Shown piece after piece: positions 25,173-34,770 of a DNA stretch of 64,000 nucleotides. A program made the position numbers and the translations under genes. How positions within the stretch are numbered: position 1 is the stretch's first letter; each line of letters starts with the position of its first letter. This DNA is from a virus. The DNA is taken from IMG/VR virus record IMGVR_UViG_3300020473_000015; one strand, written 5' to 3'. The notes beneath the pieces are model-generated. The model was not told the origin of the DNA, ran no database searches, and saw nothing but the letters and a program-made list of their open reading frames with translations.

Positions 25173-25864
25173 AAGATAAAAGTTTTTTTATCACTGGCGG
25201 CAGTGGAACTCTTGGCAGGGAATTACAAGAAGTCCTCACAGAAAGAAATCTTCCCTTTAAAGCACCATCTTCAAGAGAGTGTGATATATTAGATAAAGAT
25301 AGGCTTGAATCATTTATCAACAATTTCGAGGAGGTGGTACATTGTGCCGCAGCCACAAATGTCAGAGAAATAGAAAAAAATCCCAACAATGCATATAAAA
25401 CAAATGTAATTGGTACAATAAACGTTATAGAGGTTTGCAAAAAACTCAATAAAAAATTAATTTTTATTTCAACTGATTATGTATTTGATGGCAATAAAGG
25501 CAATTATTCTATTAATGATTTAATAAACCCTTTAAGTAAATACGCCAAAACAAAAGCCGCCGCCGAACTCTTGGTTAGAACTTATGACAACTCTCTCGTC
25601 ATCAGAACTAGTTTTTTTGGACATTATTTTCCATATGAAAAGGCCTTCACTGATCAATGGAGTTCAAAAGATTATGTTGATATAATAGCGCCAAAAATAG
25701 TTGATACTATTATGTTAAATGAACTTGGCATTGCACACGTTGGTTCTCGCAGAAGAAGTATATTTGAAATTGCTAGCGAAAGAAACGAACTTGTTAAACC
25801 GGCTGAGAGAATAGAGGTGAATATTTTAATTCCAAGAGATACAAGTTTAAATTGTAAAAAGTAA
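25163..25864 (+). CDS. rfbD: dTDP-4-dehydrorhamnose reductase-like SDR
   Basis: ITGGSGTLG, HCAAAT, ISTDYVFDG and YAKTK. Confidence 0.85.
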   Translation: MVLKDKSFFITGGSGTLGRELQEVLTERNLPFKAPSSRECDILDKDRLESFINNFEEVVHCAAATNVREIEKNPNNAYKTNVIGTINVIEVCKKLNKKLIFISTDYVFDGNKGNYSINDLINPLSKYAKTKAAAELLVRTYDNSLVIRTSFFGHYFPYEKAFTDQWSSKDYVDIIAPKIVDTIMLNELGIAHVGSRRRSIFEIASERNELVKPAERIEVNILIPRDTSLNCKK

Positions 25865-25868
25865 AACG

Positions 25869-26513
25869 ATGAATATGAAAAAAACAACAATTTTAATACC
25901 CGCTAGAAGAAACTCAAAAGGTCTTCCATTTAAGAATAGAAAACTGTTCCACTTCACTTTGAATTCAATTCCAGAAACTTATCTTGATAATGTTTTAGTA
26001 TCTACTGATGATGAATGGATCATCCAAGAGTGTGAAAATAATAATATAAAATATCACATAAGAAAATCTGAAACCTCTGGTGATCTTGCAAGCACTAAAT
26101 TTGTTATAGAGGAAATGATTGAACAATTGAGAGAAAGAGTAATTATGCTTTATCTGACCTATCCGGAAAGAACTTGGAAAAACGTTTTAGATTGCTTATC
26201 TTTCTATGAAGAGAATAATGGCAGAAGTCTATTGTGCAAAAAACAATTAAAAACATCGCCTTTCCTTATGATGTATGATTATGGGATTAAAGGAAAGCAA
26301 ATAATAGAACACGACCTCTACAGACGCCAGGATTACCCAGAATGCTTTGAAATAAGCCATTTTATTAGCATTTTTAGTAAAAAAGAACTAAAGAATTTGA
26401 ATAATAACTTGTATAATAAAGATACTATTTTTTATTCAATTAACGATGTTGTTGATATTGACCTAATTCAAGATCTAGATGAGTATAATAAAAAAAACAA
26501 AAATAATCGCTGA
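25869..26513 (+). CDS. neuA: acylneuraminate (CMP-nonulosonate) cytidylyltransferase
   Basis: IPARRNSKGLPFKN, VSTDD and RRQD. Confidence 0.8.
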   Translation: MNMKKTTILIPARRNSKGLPFKNRKLFHFTLNSIPETYLDNVLVSTDDEWIIQECENNNIKYHIRKSETSGDLASTKFVIEEMIEQLRERVIMLYLTYPERTWKNVLDCLSFYEENNGRSLLCKKQLKTSPFLMMYDYGIKGKQIIEHDLYRRQDYPECFEISHFISIFSKKELKNLNNNLYNKDTIFYSINDVVDIDLIQDLDEYNKKNKNNR

Positions 26514-27309
26514 AATAGGCATCAATCACAATGGTGATACAGAATTAGCAAAACGATTAATCGACGCTGCGATATTATCAGGATGTGATTATGCTAAATT
26601 TCAAAAGCGAACCCCAGACATTTGCGTACCAGAAGCGCAAAAGAATAAACTAAGAGAAACGCCATGGGGAAAAATTAAATACATAGATTACAAAAAAAAG
26701 ATAGAATTTGAGAAACAAGAATATGATGAGTTGTTTGATTACGTCAAAGACAAACCAATTGAGATTTTCTCATCAGTTTGGGATAAACCATCTGTCGATT
26801 TTATGAAAAACTATGGTGGCCCTATGAAGATAGGATCTGCGCTCATTACTGATTTGGAGCTTTGTAAACATGCAAGAAACAACACCGATCTTCTGATTAT
26901 AAGCACAGGTATGAGTACCGAAAAAGAGATAGAAGACTGTATTAATGCTTGTAATCCAGATGTCGTAATGCATACAAACTCAACTTATCCGACACCGGTC
27001 GAAGAAATCAATTTAAGTTACATCAATTGGCTTCAAAACAAATGGACAAATAAGGAGATTGGATATTCTGGACATGAGTATGGTCTAGTTACAACCTTTG
27101 CGTCCGTGGCCATGGGATGTACTTGGGTTGAAAGACATTTGACATTAGATAGGACAATGTGGGGATCTGATCACCTAGCCTCTGTTGAGCCACAAGGTTT
27201 TATGAAACTTGTTAAAGGTATCAGAGACATAGAAAAGTCTATGGGGCAGAGTGGACCTAGAGTTTGCCGCGGCAGCGAATTAAGCAAGCGAGAAAGTTTG
27301 AGAAAATGA
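26479..27309 (+). CDS. neuB: N-acetylneuraminate/nonulosonate synthase family (no C-terminal AFP/SAF domain)
   Basis: IAEIGINHNG, AKFQKR, STYP, GYSGHE and ERHLTLD. 276 aa. Confidence 0.9.
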   Translation: MSIIKKTKIIAEIGINHNGDTELAKRLIDAAILSGCDYAKFQKRTPDICVPEAQKNKLRETPWGKIKYIDYKKKIEFEKQEYDELFDYVKDKPIEIFSSVWDKPSVDFMKNYGGPMKIGSALITDLELCKHARNNTDLLIISTGMSTEKEIEDCINACNPDVVMHTNSTYPTPVEEINLSYINWLQNKWTNKEIGYSGHEYGLVTTFASVAMGCTWVERHLTLDRTMWGSDHLASVEPQGFMKLVKGIRDIEKSMGQSGPRVCRGSELSKRESLRK

Positions 27310-27965
27310 ACTTAGAGTTAAAAGAAAACGGGTTCATAGTAATCCCAGGCGTATTTCAGTCCGAGCAAATTAAAGAAATGAGATCTTTATGCTATCAGTA
27401 CTTTAGTGACGGGGGCGGCTTTAAAAATGCTGGTGGACACGCAAAGCCGGATTGGATTAAAGAATCTAATTTAAAAAAAGTACTTGACCTTTATCAAGTT
27501 GAAAACATAAGAAATATTATAACTGAAAATGTTGGCGAAGAAGTTCATTTTATAGGACACAACGATCTTCATTTAAATAGAAGTGTAGGGTGGCACAAGG
27601 ATCGTTTAAACGGCGAAACTAGAAAATTTGAAGTCAACTCACCATGGGAAAAAGTAGATGGTGAAACAATGAAGATTTATAAAGTTAATTTATATCTTCA
27701 GGATCATAGTAACAACAACGATGGCTTTACAGTAAGGGTTGGTAGCCACTCATCTCCAAATATGAATGAAGGCCATATCAAACAGATTTATCCAAATCTT
27801 GGAGATATTATCCTATTCGACCAGAGAATTACACATATGGCTAAATGGTCTGGTGGTTATAATCGCTTTTTAATTTGTATGGGGTTCGGTGTTAAAAACT
27901 GTTTTTTTGAACAGTTCAAAAAAGGAACAGAGTTCAGACAAAATAAACAAAATGGAATTTTATAA
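27306..27965 (+). CDS. 2OG-Fe(II) dioxygenase, PhyH-like
   Basis: WHKD iron motif and GDIILFDQRITH. ATG overlaps the neuB TGA. Confidence 0.75.
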   Translation: MNLELKENGFIVIPGVFQSEQIKEMRSLCYQYFSDGGGFKNAGGHAKPDWIKESNLKKVLDLYQVENIRNIITENVGEEVHFIGHNDLHLNRSVGWHKDRLNGETRKFEVNSPWEKVDGETMKIYKVNLYLQDHSNNNDGFTVRVGSHSSPNMNEGHIKQIYPNLGDIILFDQRITHMAKWSGGYNRFLICMGFGVKNCFFEQFKKGTEFRQNKQNGIL

Positions 27966-28964
27966 ATGAAGAAGGCTTTGCACATATATGCAGTGAATGG
28001 AAAAGCAAATTCTGGTGATTTTTTTCTGGGACCGGCAACAAAATTTAGATTTGAAAAGATAGTAGGAGAATCTATTACTTGGTCAAATTTTGACGTAAGG
28101 ATCAAAGTCACGGAAAAGGAAATTTCACATTTTAATAAATTTGATTACATTGTCCTCGGCGGTGGAGGCTTATTTTTACCAGACACAAATCCAAATATGA
28201 CTTCATGTTGGCAATGGGCATGCCCCGCCGAAATTATGAAGAAAATAACTACAGAAGTCCACATAGTCAGTGTTGGGTGGAACCATTTTTATGGTCAAGA
28301 TATCACAATGCCAGATAGAGGCAGCAACAAAAGCAACCCTAAAAGATTACAAATTTTCAAAAATAACATAGAAACTTTACTACAAATTAGCCAAAGTTTT
28401 ACTATGAGACATAAAGGTGATGTTGAAGAGTTGAAGAAGATAATCGACCCAGAATTACATGATAAAGTTCAATTTGCTTTTTGTCCTGTTGTGGAGTTCA
28501 TTGAGTCTAAATACAAAAAAGATTTTAAATCTGGAGAGTTAATCGCTTTTGAAATAAAAGATGATAGACCAAATAGGCGTTATTATAAGAAAAGTAGAAA
28601 GGAATTTTACTTAGAATTACTTCAGTTTATAAAGCATTTAATTGATTCTGGAGAGAAAATAGCTGTAATGTCTCACGACGGCAGTGCTTCTTTCGCAAGG
28701 TTTTTACAGAGTCAGAAAATTCCATTTGCTTATTTAAATAATACAGTTGCCAATCAGGATAAAATAATAGAAAATTATTCAAAGGTTAAAAAACTGTTCT
28801 GCACGGCCGGTCACAGTCAGATGACTGCTTATGCTTTAGGGTTGAATTTCTATAGTTTGATAACTCATGATAAATTAAAGTTTTTTCTTGAAGATAATAA
28901 TATGCTGTTGGAGAATAATTTTTGCTTAGTAAATGAGCAAAAATTAACTGAAAAATATAAATGA
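27966..28964 (+). CDS. polysaccharide pyruvyl transferase-like protein
   Basis: NSGDFFLG, IVLGGGGLF, MRH and GHS. Confidence 0.7.
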   Translation: MKKALHIYAVNGKANSGDFFLGPATKFRFEKIVGESITWSNFDVRIKVTEKEISHFNKFDYIVLGGGGLFLPDTNPNMTSCWQWACPAEIMKKITTEVHIVSVGWNHFYGQDITMPDRGSNKSNPKRLQIFKNNIETLLQISQSFTMRHKGDVEELKKIIDPELHDKVQFAFCPVVEFIESKYKKDFKSGELIAFEIKDDRPNRRYYKKSRKEFYLELLQFIKHLIDSGEKIAVMSHDGSASFARFLQSQKIPFAYLNNTVANQDKIIENYSKVKKLFCTAGHSQMTAYALGLNFYSLITHDKLKFFLEDNNMLLENNFCLVNEQKLTEKYK

Positions 28965-29995
28965 TAAATTACGTTCAAAATAAAAGAATTGATTCCGATT
29001 TGTTTTCTAAGTTTCTATTTGACAGCCACAAGACAAATCAATTTACGAATAATGGTCCTGCTAAATTTATTTTAGAGAAGAAGCTAGAAGAGATTCTAGA
29101 AATAGATGACGATAGGGCTGTTTTATGTACAACCAATGGGACGCTAGCATGGCATGCCATTTATCTTTTTTTGCGGAAACAAAATCATGAATATAGAATG
29201 GTTACGCCATCTTTTACTTTTCCTTCTTGTGCTAGCACTCTTAATAAAATTAAAATCTTAGATATTGATGAAAAAACATACACTTTGCCACTAACAGAAA
29301 AAAATTTGATTGAAAATGATGTTTTTGTTATTACAAATTTATTTGGAACTTATCCAAAGAATCTTGAAGATTGGATTGGTTCTTGTAAAAAAATGAACAA
29401 AGTTTTAATCTTTGATAACGCCTCTTCTCCCATGACAAAGGTTGATGGTGTTAATATATGTAACTTTGGTGATTTTTCTTTTGGTTCGCTACATCATACA
29501 AAATTTTTAGGATTTGGTGAAGGGGGTTTTATTGTTCTAAAAAAGGATCTCTATCAAGAGTTTGAAAAAATTCTTGGTTTTGGGTTTTCAAAAACCGCTA
29601 TAAAAAGAAAATATGATAAGTTTAGTTCAAATTTAAAAATGTCTGATATCTCTGCCGCAGCAATATTACAACATATTGAAAGATACAAAATTGAAGATTA
29701 TAAACGAGTTCAAAGTCGACTTGTTAAGGGTGTTGAAAATTTAAACAATGTCGAGATTTTTAATTTTTCCGAAGGTGTCGTTTATGGAAACTTACCTATA
29801 ATTTATAATGACAAGTTTGATATTGATTTTTTCAGGATTAATGGTGTTGAGGCACAAAAATACTACTATCCCTTGAGAGAGCATAAGAATTCTTTAAACC
29901 TTTTTGATAGAATGATAAACATTCCACTACATTCAGATCTGAATGAGTGTCAGATTGATAAAATTGTAAATCTGGTTAAGAGATCAATAAAATGA
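28961..29995 (+). CDS. DegT/DnrJ/EryC1/StrS PLP-dependent sugar aminotransferase
   Basis: NGTLA, PSFTF, DNASS, SLHHTK (PLP Lys) and GEGG. Confidence 0.88.
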   Translation: MINYVQNKRIDSDLFSKFLFDSHKTNQFTNNGPAKFILEKKLEEILEIDDDRAVLCTTNGTLAWHAIYLFLRKQNHEYRMVTPSFTFPSCASTLNKIKILDIDEKTYTLPLTEKNLIENDVFVITNLFGTYPKNLEDWIGSCKKMNKVLIFDNASSPMTKVDGVNICNFGDFSFGSLHHTKFLGFGEGGFIVLKKDLYQEFEKILGFGFSKTAIKRKYDKFSSNLKMSDISAAAILQHIERYKIEDYKRVQSRLVKGVENLNNVEIFNFSEGVVYGNLPIIYNDKFDIDFFRINGVEAQKYYYPLREHKNSLNLFDRMINIPLHSDLNECQIDKIVNLVKRSIK

Positions 29996-30657
29996 AAACA
30001 ATTGCCGTATGTCAGCCTTATTTTGCGCCACACCTTGCCTACTTTCAGTTAATAAACGCTGTTGATGTTTTTGTTTCATATGATGATGTTAATTATATCA
30101 CTAGAGGGTGGATAAACAGAAACAAATTAACTATAAACAAGAAAGAGAAGATATTTACGATTCCTGTCAAAAAACAAAGCTCGTTTAGTAAAATTAATCA
30201 AATTGAAGTAGATTGGGAAAATAGAGAAATAAATAAATTATTAAAAACTGTAAATATGTCATATAGTAAAAGCAAGTATAGAGAACAGATTTTTAATTTA
30301 TTGGAAGAGATATTTTATGAAAAACCAAGATTTATATCTGATCTTTCTCTTAAATCACTAAAGGTATTTTCTGATTACTTAGAGATACAAACTTGCTTTA
30401 AAGTTTCGTCTCATGAGAATTATGTGAAGACGGGAGACAGAGTTAAAAACTTGATAAATATATGCCATGCAGAAAAAGCTAGCAGCTATATAAATTCAAT
30501 AGGTGGGACAAGTTTATACAGAAAAGAAGAATTTGCTGAACATGGGTTGAATCTAGGATTTCTGAGTGGTTTGAGCGGCCTGTCGATAATTGATGTCTGT
30601 ATGAATAACAGTATCGAAGAAATAAAAAAACAACTTCAACAATACACATTGGTCTAA
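29992..30657 (+). CDS. WbqC-family protein
   Basis: QPYFAPHLAYFQLI and DDVNY..RGWINRN. Confidence 0.88.
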   Translation: MKTIAVCQPYFAPHLAYFQLINAVDVFVSYDDVNYITRGWINRNKLTINKKEKIFTIPVKKQSSFSKINQIEVDWENREINKLLKTVNMSYSKSKYREQIFNLLEEIFYEKPRFISDLSLKSLKVFSDYLEIQTCFKVSSHENYVKTGDRVKNLINICHAEKASSYINSIGGTSLYRKEEFAEHGLNLGFLSGLSGLSIIDVCMNNSIEEIKKQLQQYTLV

Positions 30658-30659
30658 AA

Positions 30660-31421
30660 ATGAAAAAATATATTCGCCCTTTGGATATGAAAAACTTAAA
30701 AGAAAACGATTTGATTCAAAAAGTCAAAAGCGCTTGGGGAGATTGTTATACAATCTATTATATTTTTAACGTTTCTAAAGAAATAGATTGGGTTTTGATG
30801 TACGAAAATCTTGCTAGCACTCTTGGAGAGATAAGAACTTGCCACCCAGTAAACAACAAGGAAACAAAGTTTTCAAAATCAAGAGATATAAAATATGAAG
30901 CGGGGGTAAATCATTATTTTGCTTCTAACATTAGACAACCTTTGCATAATGATTATGCATATTATGAAAGTAGCCAAGCCCCAGATTGGTTAATGTTGTA
31001 TTGTCTTGAGAAACCAGACTTTGGCGGCAAGACACACATTCTGTCTCTCAAAACTTTAGTTAAAATTTTGAATAGTTATAACCCTGAGTTGCTAGAAAAA
31101 ATAAAGATTGATGTCACTTGGAAATACAACGGACAAGATGGAGATAAGATTCATAAAAAGCCCATCTACAATGGTCAGTTCATAAATTGGAATTACTGGC
31201 AAATAAATCACAATCTAAATGATAAAGCTGTTGTGGAAGTTAAAGAAGAGTTCTTTAGTTTTCTTGAAAATGTTATAGTTGGAGGTTCAATGTATGATCA
31301 CTCAGTAGATTGGGCTGAAGGTGATTGTATTATTTTTAATGATAAGGTGAATTTACACTGCAGAGACGCATTTTTGGGCAACAGATGGTTAAAAGATCAT
31401 GCCTTTTTTGGCCAAACATAA
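30660..31421 (+). CDS. TauD/TfdA-like 2OG-Fe(II) dioxygenase
   Basis: PLHND, LYC, GGKT and WAEGDCIIFND..LHCR. Confidence 0.8.
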   Translation: MKKYIRPLDMKNLKENDLIQKVKSAWGDCYTIYYIFNVSKEIDWVLMYENLASTLGEIRTCHPVNNKETKFSKSRDIKYEAGVNHYFASNIRQPLHNDYAYYESSQAPDWLMLYCLEKPDFGGKTHILSLKTLVKILNSYNPELLEKIKIDVTWKYNGQDGDKIHKKPIYNGQFINWNYWQINHNLNDKAVVEVKEEFFSFLENVIVGGSMYDHSVDWAEGDCIIFNDKVNLHCRDAFLGNRWLKDHAFFGQT

Positions 31422-31442
31422 ATGAATAAGGAATTTTAAATT

Positions 31443-32153
31443 ATGAAAATAGATAAAAATGGACTCAAACGGACATTTGAAATTAGTGTAAATACCTCTA
31501 AAGCGATGTTGGGAAGTGATGATCCTAATTTTAAAAGAATACATCATAATAACCATCATGTTCTTTTGTATATAAAAGATTATATTATGAAAGATAAATG
31601 CAAATCTTATTTTGAAATAGGGACACATTTTGGACATAGCTTATGTAGCCTTTTGCAAAGCAAGTACAAAAGTAAATTTGTTAGTTGTGACTTGTTCCTT
31701 AAGGGCTATTCAATTGCCAATGATTGTAAAGTGGAAAATGTTGAATCACTAGCTATAAACAATTCAAAACAATTTAATAAAAACGACTATGAATGCATTA
31801 TTTTAAAAGGTAATTCTCACTCACCAGAAATGTTAAATAGAGTCTCTGCAGAGTTTCCCAATGGTATAGATCTGTTATTTATAGATGGAGACCATAGAAA
31901 AAAACCAGTTATAGCAGATTTTGAAATGTATTTTCCTCTTGTCAACTCAGGAGGATATGTTGTTTTTGATGATTATTTGCCATTCGAATGGAATGGTAGA
32001 AAAAGAGAATGCCCTATCGCAATAGATTATCTTGTAGAAAAAAATAAAGATAAACTAGAAATTATTGGATTGATAGATGATATTGTTGGGTGTAATAAAT
32101 TGAAGGGGCTTTCCGAGACAAAAAATTGTGACTTTATTGTGAGAAAAAAATGA
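31443..32153 (+). CDS. class I SAM-dependent methyltransferase (Methyltransf_24-like)
   Basis: EIGTHFGHS, DLLFIDGDH and GGYVVFDDY. Confidence 0.85.
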   Translation: MKIDKNGLKRTFEISVNTSKAMLGSDDPNFKRIHHNNHHVLLYIKDYIMKDKCKSYFEIGTHFGHSLCSLLQSKYKSKFVSCDLFLKGYSIANDCKVENVESLAINNSKQFNKNDYECIILKGNSHSPEMLNRVSAEFPNGIDLLFIDGDHRKKPVIADFEMYFPLVNSGGYVVFDDYLPFEWNGRKRECPIAIDYLVEKNKDKLEIIGLIDDIVGCNKLKGLSETKNCDFIVRKK

Positions 32154-33022
32154 TAAATATTATAATTCCATGTACACCGAACTATGAAAACAAGAGAATA
32201 ATAAACACTGTATCAAAAAAAATTGATATAGTGTCCCAATTTATAATCCTTTGTAATTCAATTAAAAAAAATTGGAACTTTGATTATAAAATAAATTTAT
32301 TTTACAATAAAAAATATTCTTTTAGTGATAATGATTTAAGTAGAATTACTAAATTGGATATTGATGTTTATCCTATCACTCCAGATTATAAAAAAACCCC
32401 CTATATGGTTAGGTGTAACGCCTTGTGCGAAAATCTTAAAAATAAAGGTACTCATAGATTACTCTTAGATTGTGATACTATAGCCTTAAGTAATCCAAGA
32501 TTCAATTTAAATTGCGACTGGCAAGCCATGTTTGCTGGTTCTGTAATCGACAGCGCTTTTTATAATCGCATAAATACAAGATATAACTATAATTTAGATT
32601 TAAAAAATAAAATAAAAGGCAAGTTATTTCAAAAATATATTGAGGATGTTGAGAACAAAAAAAAATATAAATATAAAAACTTTTTTCCACATTTCAACGC
32701 AGGTGCTATTTTATTGAAAGAAGAGTTGTGTGCACACTTCAAAGAGCTTGTAGTCCCATCTTATGAGATATCTAACGACCTCGCCCTTCCAGAAAACATT
32801 AGACACATAGGCGTTCAGTATGCCGCTTCTTTCGCTTTGATGAAGATTTCTAACAATTGGGAGCCTTTTGAGCCCGGATTTAATTATTTAGTAAAATCTT
32901 ACGATGCTGATGAATTTGGAAAAGATAAAATTCAACTTTTACACTATTGTGGCACTGGGGGTTATAAAGTGGCTTATAAATACTTTAAAGAACAAATTGA
33001 TTGTTTGACTAAAATTTTATAA
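32150..33022 (+). CDS. GT-A glycosyltransferase-like protein (GT8-like)
   Basis: LLDCDT (DxD), FNAG and HY motifs. Confidence 0.6.
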   Translation: MINIIIPCTPNYENKRIINTVSKKIDIVSQFIILCNSIKKNWNFDYKINLFYNKKYSFSDNDLSRITKLDIDVYPITPDYKKTPYMVRCNALCENLKNKGTHRLLLDCDTIALSNPRFNLNCDWQAMFAGSVIDSAFYNRINTRYNYNLDLKNKIKGKLFQKYIEDVENKKKYKYKNFFPHFNAGAILLKEELCAHFKELVVPSYEISNDLALPENIRHIGVQYAASFALMKISNNWEPFEPGFNYLVKSYDADEFGKDKIQLLHYCGTGGYKVAYKYFKEQIDCLTKIL

Positions 33023-33048
33023 TTATTTTTATAAAAAGGGGAATTGAT

Positions 33049-33690
33049 ATGGGTGAATATAACAACATTATAAGAAAAGCCAAAGTTGGTGGTTACTATA
33101 CAAGAACCACATTGGTTTACGATGTTCATTTGGGGTGGTTAATGAGTTATGTCGCAAATCGTGGAAAAATCAAGATGATAGAGTGTGGCGTAGCAAGGGG
33201 TGGATGTTTAGCATTGTGTCATTACGCTAATCCAGAAATGGAAATTTTTGGTCTTGATTCATGGGAGCCGATGCCCAATATAACAGACAGGGATGATGCT
33301 AAAAAATGCCAGCCATGGGTGGGCACCAAGACTAGTGGAAAAATAGAAGATGTGCAAAAATCATATGATTTATTGGGCGCTTCATCTAAAAATTTAACTT
33401 TAATAAAAGGCTGGATAAAAGATACAATACCAAAAAATTTAGATCTTTTTGAGAATCTAGATATTCTCAGAATAGATACTGATTTTTACGAATCAATTAT
33501 TTTTACTTTACAAGCACTTTATCCAAAAGTTAAGTCTGGGGGTTTAATCATACTTGATGATTGGCATTTTAATCCAAAAGGCGTCCAAGGGGCAGTTAAT
33601 GATTTTTTTCAATCAAACAACATAAACCCTGCAATCAACAAACACCACACTGATAAAAAAGTCGGTCCAGCTTGGTTTTATAAAGGATAA
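33049..33690 (+). CDS. TylF/MycF-family sugar O-methyltransferase
   Basis: ECGVARGG, GWIKDT, LRIDTDFYES and GGLIILDDW. Confidence 0.88.
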   Translation: MGEYNNIIRKAKVGGYYTRTTLVYDVHLGWLMSYVANRGKIKMIECGVARGGCLALCHYANPEMEIFGLDSWEPMPNITDRDDAKKCQPWVGTKTSGKIEDVQKSYDLLGASSKNLTLIKGWIKDTIPKNLDLFENLDILRIDTDFYESIIFTLQALYPKVKSGGLIILDDWHFNPKGVQGAVNDFFQSNNINPAINKHHTDKKVGPAWFYKG

Positions 33691-33696
33691 AGATAT

Positions 33697-33996
33697 ATGA
33701 TTATTTATGTTGATATTGATGAAACCATTTGTAAATCACCTCCGACCATGGATTATTCCTTGGCAGTGCCAATTCCCTCTAGAATAGAAAAGATTAACAA
33801 ACTCTATGACGAAGGAAATACAATAGTTTATTGGACAGCAAGAGGTACCGGATCTGGAATCGACTGGAGAGAAATAACTGAAAAACAATTTCAAGCATGG
33901 GGAGTTAAATACCACGAGCTTATCCTTAAGAAGCCTATTTATGACCTGTTTATAGATGATAAAAACATTAACTCTGAGAGGTTTTTTGATGAATAA
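33697..33996 (+). CDS. capless HAD-superfamily phosphatase (capsule-biosynthesis type)
   Basis: YVDIDETIC, WTARG and KP.YD.FIDDK. Confidence 0.85.
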   Translation: MIIYVDIDETICKSPPTMDYSLAVPIPSRIEKINKLYDEGNTIVYWTARGTGSGIDWREITEKQFQAWGVKYHELILKKPIYDLFIDDKNINSERFFDE

Positions 33997-34687
33997 TATT
34001 ACAGAATTTAAAAACAAACACAAAGGACAAGATATTTGGGTTATAGCTGCTGGGCCAACCATGAACTATATTGAGCCATCATTCTTTGAGAATAAAATAA
34101 CAGTAGGTCTCAACAGGGTTAGTATTAAGTTTGATTGTGATTATCTAGTTGCAAAAGACGGTAGAGGATTTGATCTCGTTAAAGAAATAATTTCTAATAA
34201 AACAAAATTAATATTTTCTAAACACGAGAGTGGCAACCCTCACCAAAATCTTAATAAGTACGATGGCGAATGCTGGTTTTTTGACCATCCAGCAAAACCA
34301 GAAGAAAAGCCTGATCTATCCTGTATAAAAGAGGGTGGAGATAGAATAGTTGTAAGTTATTCTACAATAACTAGCGCAGTGCACTTAGCGGCTTATATGG
34401 GGGCATCAAATATTATTTTATGTGGGCACGATTGTGGAACTATTGATGGAAACTCAACCATTGATGGATATTATGACAAAATTAAACCTCATCACGGAAC
34501 AGATGCGGCGTATGTTTCTTGGCTGTCTCAAATAGAAAATCACACAACTATCGTCTCTCTAGCTTTAAAACAATTTTATGGTTGTAATATTCATTCTTTA
34601 AATCCTTTCATAAATTTTAATCTTGAAGGTCACAAATATATTCCAAGTAATACATCGCACATTTTACAAAGAAACTTAACTAAATAA
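33989..34687 (+). CDS. DUF115 / Maf-like (MptE-like) protein
   Basis: KNKHKGQDIWVIAAGPT, GLN, LAAYMGASNIILCGHD and LNPF. Confidence 0.75.
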   Translation: MNNITEFKNKHKGQDIWVIAAGPTMNYIEPSFFENKITVGLNRVSIKFDCDYLVAKDGRGFDLVKEIISNKTKLIFSKHESGNPHQNLNKYDGECWFFDHPAKPEEKPDLSCIKEGGDRIVVSYSTITSAVHLAAYMGASNIILCGHDCGTIDGNSTIDGYYDKIKPHHGTDAAYVSWLSQIENHTTIVSLALKQFYGCNIHSLNPFINFNLEGHKYIPSNTSHILQRNLTK

Positions 34688-34704
34688 TTTTAATTATTTG
34701 CATG

Positions 34705-34734
34705 AAGATGTTATAATCTAAGATGTTATAATCT
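34705..34734 (+). repeat. perfect 15-bp tandem duplication AAGATGTTATAATCT, each copy containing an extended -10 box
   Basis: Copies at 34705-34719 and 34720-34734, each with TG-T-TATAAT. Confidence 0.85.
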
Positions 34735-34770
34735 AAAAAATCTATAAAACATATTTTAAGGAGAATAAAT

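Noticed and set aside
27306-31421. TET/JBP-type DNA hypermodification oxygenases
   Set aside because: Motifs fit the PhyH and TauD families in a sugar context. No hydroxymethylase, thymidylate-synthase paralog or modified-nucleotide kinase is in the window.
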